This document shows, one piece after another, positions 35,713 to 38,992 of a stretch of 38,992 bases of DNA. This DNA is from Asterionella formosa (taxonomy: Eukaryota), in the NCBI GenBank assembly GCA_002256025.1, contig NKIB01014993.1, forward strand, positions 1 through 38,992, read 5' to 3'. Position 1 is the first letter of the stretch. Each line of letters starts with the position of its first letter. The position numbers were made by a program, and so were the translations under genes. The notes below the pieces were generated by a model, which was not told the origin of the DNA, searched no databases, and worked only from the letters and a program-made list of their open reading frames with translations.

Positions 35713-36916
35713 ATGTCGTCGCCCGAAGACATCCAAAAGAAGATCGATGAGTTGGAATTCGAAATGGGTCGTACCCAAAAGAACAAGGCGACCAATTATC
35801 ATTTGGGTACTTTGAAGGCCAAAATTGCCAAACTCAAGTCAGAATTAATAAATGGCCCTGGCGGGAAAGCGGCTGGTACGAAGAATGCTGAGCGTGGCTT
35901 TGATGTAACGAAATCTGGTGACACACGCATTGGGCTTGTCGGTTTCCCTTCGGTTGGTAAATCTACTCTCTTGACGACTCTGACGGGAACCAGAAGCGAA
36001 GCTGCAGCGTACGAGTTCACGACTCTGACCTGCATTCCGGGAACAATGAAATACAAGGGAGCAAGAATTCAGGTTCTTGATTTGCCTGGTATCATCGAAG
36101 GAGCCGCCGGTGAGTCACGTCGGCAGTTGTTTTGCTGTGAAGTAACAATTTTTCGTAGCTCACAAAGATGCAATTTAAGACGGACGAGGACGTGGTCGAC
36201 AAGTGATTTCAACAGCCAGAACTTGCAATATGATTCTAGTAGTTCTCGATGCTGCAAAACCACTAACGCATAAGAAGATTATTGAAGCAGAACTTCATTC
36301 ATTTGGGATTAGAATCAACCAGACTCCTCCAGACATCAAGATTGTTAAGAAAGACAAAGGAGGAATCGGTTACCAAGAAACAGTTGTTCAAAGCAAGGGA
36401 ATGAACGCAGATGTAGCCAGGCTGGTTTGCAAGGAGTACAAGATCTCCTGCGCCGAAATTATTCTTCGAGAAAATGTCACGGTTGATCAATTCATTGACG
36501 TTATTGAAGATAATCGATCTTACATACCTGTTCTCTACGTATTCAATAAGATTGATTCATTGACAATTGAAGAACTCGATATACTAGATGAGATGCCCAA
36601 TTATGTTCCGATTTCGAGTCAGCACGAGTGGAACCTAGAAGAACTCATGGAGGAAATCTGGAATAGATGCAACATGCTCAGAATCTATACCAAGCCAAAA
36701 GGACAGATCCCCGACTATGAGGAACCTGTTATCCTTCACTCGGAAGGTAATCCAACGATTGAACAGTTCTGCAATCGATTGCACAAAGGTCTCATCGCAC
36801 AGTTTTCTCATGCATTTGTTTGGGGACGATCTGCCAAGCACCAACCTCAAAGATGTGGAAAAGACCATATCTTGATGGACGAAGATATCGTGCAAATTTG
36901 TAAGAAGGTGGGTTAA
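35713..36916 (+). CDS. DRG1: Developmentally regulated GTP-binding protein, DRG1/Rbg1 type; intron 36110-36179
   Basis: [31 protein letters not shown] and a TGS domain; DRG1-type '[24 protein letters not shown]'. Confidence 0.92.
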
Positions 36917-37249
36917 GCGCCAATATATCTATAGCCAATCATGAGTTTTATCCGGTACAGACGTGGGGACAAATGGAACTTTCCGAACACGAATATTGTA
37001 CGAAAACTCGGTCTCTAGTTCTGAATATTGTACTGGTGGATATCGCAAAGTAAAGTATGAAGATGATTTAAAGTAGAATTAGAAAGGAGCACGAAACGAA
37101 GTAAGGCTGAAATGAAAGTAGGCACTGATATGGCATCGGTGTTAACGAATGTAAAGCTTTCAATTTTAGAAAATAGTGGGCATGCGAATGTATTATGTGA
37201 TGGTAGTAGGCATGCAACAGGGAGAAAGAGCACTATGGTAGCTCTCTTT

Positions 37250-38350
37250 TTAATTGTTGTCGATGATCTCCTGATTCATAAGTCGAACAGATTCTATGAC
37301 TTTGATTCCAACATGATTCGAGAAGTCATGGACGAAATTGTGAATGACCCCCATTCCCTCAACGACCATTCCAAAGCAAGCCTCCTCACTTTTATCGTGT
37401 CTTTCATTGCAAATGTCAAGAGAATCAGTTTTGATGTAGAAGTATGGTTGTCCTGGTGCTCTCCTGACCCCGAAAGTACACAGAGAATATGGATAGCTTT
37501 CATGATCCTGAACAAACGCCATTTCGGAAAGCTGCGCTTTTTCAGAAGGATCATCATCTAGTAGGGATGTCTTGGCATTGAACGGAGATAGTTGCACCAT
37601 ATTCGATAATTCCTCATGGTGAACCAAAACAAAGCCACCCCAGAGCTTGTTAGTCACCATCCCGAGAAATGTGCGTACAGTATGGGACGAGTGAGATCCT
37701 GACGCCAACTCGACAACGAATCGATCGCCGTTTTTATCGCCGAGAGGATTTGATATTCTGAATTCAATAAGATATGGCCCCTCTCCAAACTTCTCTTCAA
37801 TAAATATTTTCTCGTGATTCTGTACCTGGGATTTAAGCACCTCGATTCGGTTCAGTAATATCTCTTCGATGAGCTCAAGCTGTTGGTATTGATCGTCATT
37901 GATGTCTGTCACATATCCCATTCCACTCTCCCACAGAAAATTAAGCGCGGCCTCGTTTGCTTTTTCCCAGTTGCTAGCTTCCCGTTCAAGTTGACTAACA
38001 ATCTCAGTTTTCTGTCGGAGATCACGAGCTGCTAGTGAACTTGACAAAAGTAAATGATCGACTTTCTTTTTCAATTCCTGGTGTTGAAAATTCATGACAA
38101 CAGCAGGACCCCATGGCAAGAGCAACAACGCCACCGCTCCAAGAATAAAACCTCGACTGCTCAATGATATCGTCTGAATCTGCCCATTGGTGAATGGTGG
38201 AGGCACAGTTAATGACCTCCCCCTGTCGTGATCATGCCCATGTGGCCGCTGTTCATGTATGGAAGTCGTCAATGTTGCCAAGTCATTTTTACGATCTAGG
38301 CGATATAAAGGCGTCATCCCGTTCCCACACATTGGTAAATAGCTTTTCAC
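37250..38350 (-). CDS. Membrane-anchored coiled-coil protein with a degenerate cyclophilin-like C-terminal domain
   Basis: TM segment, coiled coil, then FGEGPYLIEF, FVVELA..HTVRTFLGMV, GQPYFYI and ACFGMVVEGMGVI. Confidence 0.65.
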   Translation of the reverse strand: MKSYLPMCGNGMTPLYRLDRKNDLATLTTSIHEQRPHGHDHDRGRSLTVPPPFTNGQIQTISLSSRGFILGAVALLLLPWGPAVVMNFQHQELKKKVDHLLLSSSLAARDLRQKTEIVSQLEREASNWEKANEAALNFLWESGMGYVTDINDDQYQQLELIEEILLNRIEVLKSQVQNHEKIFIEEKFGEGPYLIEFRISNPLGDKNGDRFVVELASGSHSSHTVRTFLGMVTNKLWGGFVLVHHEELSNMVQLSPFNAKTSLLDDDPSEKAQLSEMAFVQDHESYPYSLCTFGVRRAPGQPYFYIKTDSLDICNERHDKSEEACFGMVVEGMGVIHNFVHDFSNHVGIKVIESVRLMNQEIIDNN

Positions 38351-38992
38351 AAAGTCTTCGGTTGGGGCTCGCGTTTGATGAAGCAGTTCCGTATTCCCTG
38401 CTAAGAATTAATGAGCTCACATTTTGTAAGTTTGCGTTTCAAAACTCACAATAATGTTTAGCGAGCGACCATAAGTACTTGCTGTGGTAATTTAATGAAT
38501 ACACCGGTTATCCACCTATATAAAAATGTTGATGATATCGCCGAAACCCTTTGTTGCTATGTATGATGTAGTGATGATGATAAGTAATTTCAGATATCAG
38601 TATGTACCCCCACGGGAAACTCCGAACTGCCACGCGAAGTGGAAAATTCCTCATGTGTACAGTAATCGTGGACAGAGGACATCGCTGTTTTTTTTCCAAA
38701 TCGCTCACCTTTGCGAATTTCCAATCGCGCATTGTTTCTGCGACGTTCACATACTTAAGAAATATGCGCGACTGTCATTTCGTGAAAGCTAGTTGCTTCC
38801 GGCTCTGACGAATCATGAAACCTTGTCAATGCAATATCAAAAGATGAAATGCAAAACTATAATATTACTCAGGATATTCTTCTACGATAGGAATGTAGGT
38901 AGATGTAGTGTAGATGCATATCAAGTACATACCGTACTGTATTACAGTAGTGCATCACTACTAGTACATACATCACAGTACCACGTAGTACA

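Overview
Eukaryotic genomic DNA, most likely from a diatom. This is inferred from a diatom-type Ty1/Copia (CoDi-like) element, short GT-AG introns and a bipartite plastid-targeting presequence. 1-9.1 kb is a DNA-transposon graveyard: two PIF/Harbinger transposase relics, a possible Helitron and a long-TIR non-autonomous element. 9.3-19.2 kb is a compact gene block: DDX24/MAK5 helicase, FkbM methyltransferase, a multi-pass membrane protein, an Stm1/SERBP1-like protein and cardiolipin synthase. A decayed Copia LTR retrotransposon (19872-29624, minus strand) has part of gag-protease replaced by a 5.4 kb foreign insert. The right end carries a plastid-targeted zeta-toxin-like P-loop protein, a second long-TIR element, DRG1 GTPase and a cyclophilin-like membrane protein. 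The two best signals are non-coding. (1) The DDX24/MAK5 gene appears to host three intronic box C/D snoRNAs with guides to LSU rRNA, one of them in a 3'UTR intron with A substitutions in both box C and box D. (2) The Copia element has no tRNA-type PBS; a 14-nt segment at the PBS position is complementary to a site inside its own LTR, which suggests Tf1-like self-priming. rRNA target assignments come from remembered conserved eukaryotic LSU sequence, not from a search.
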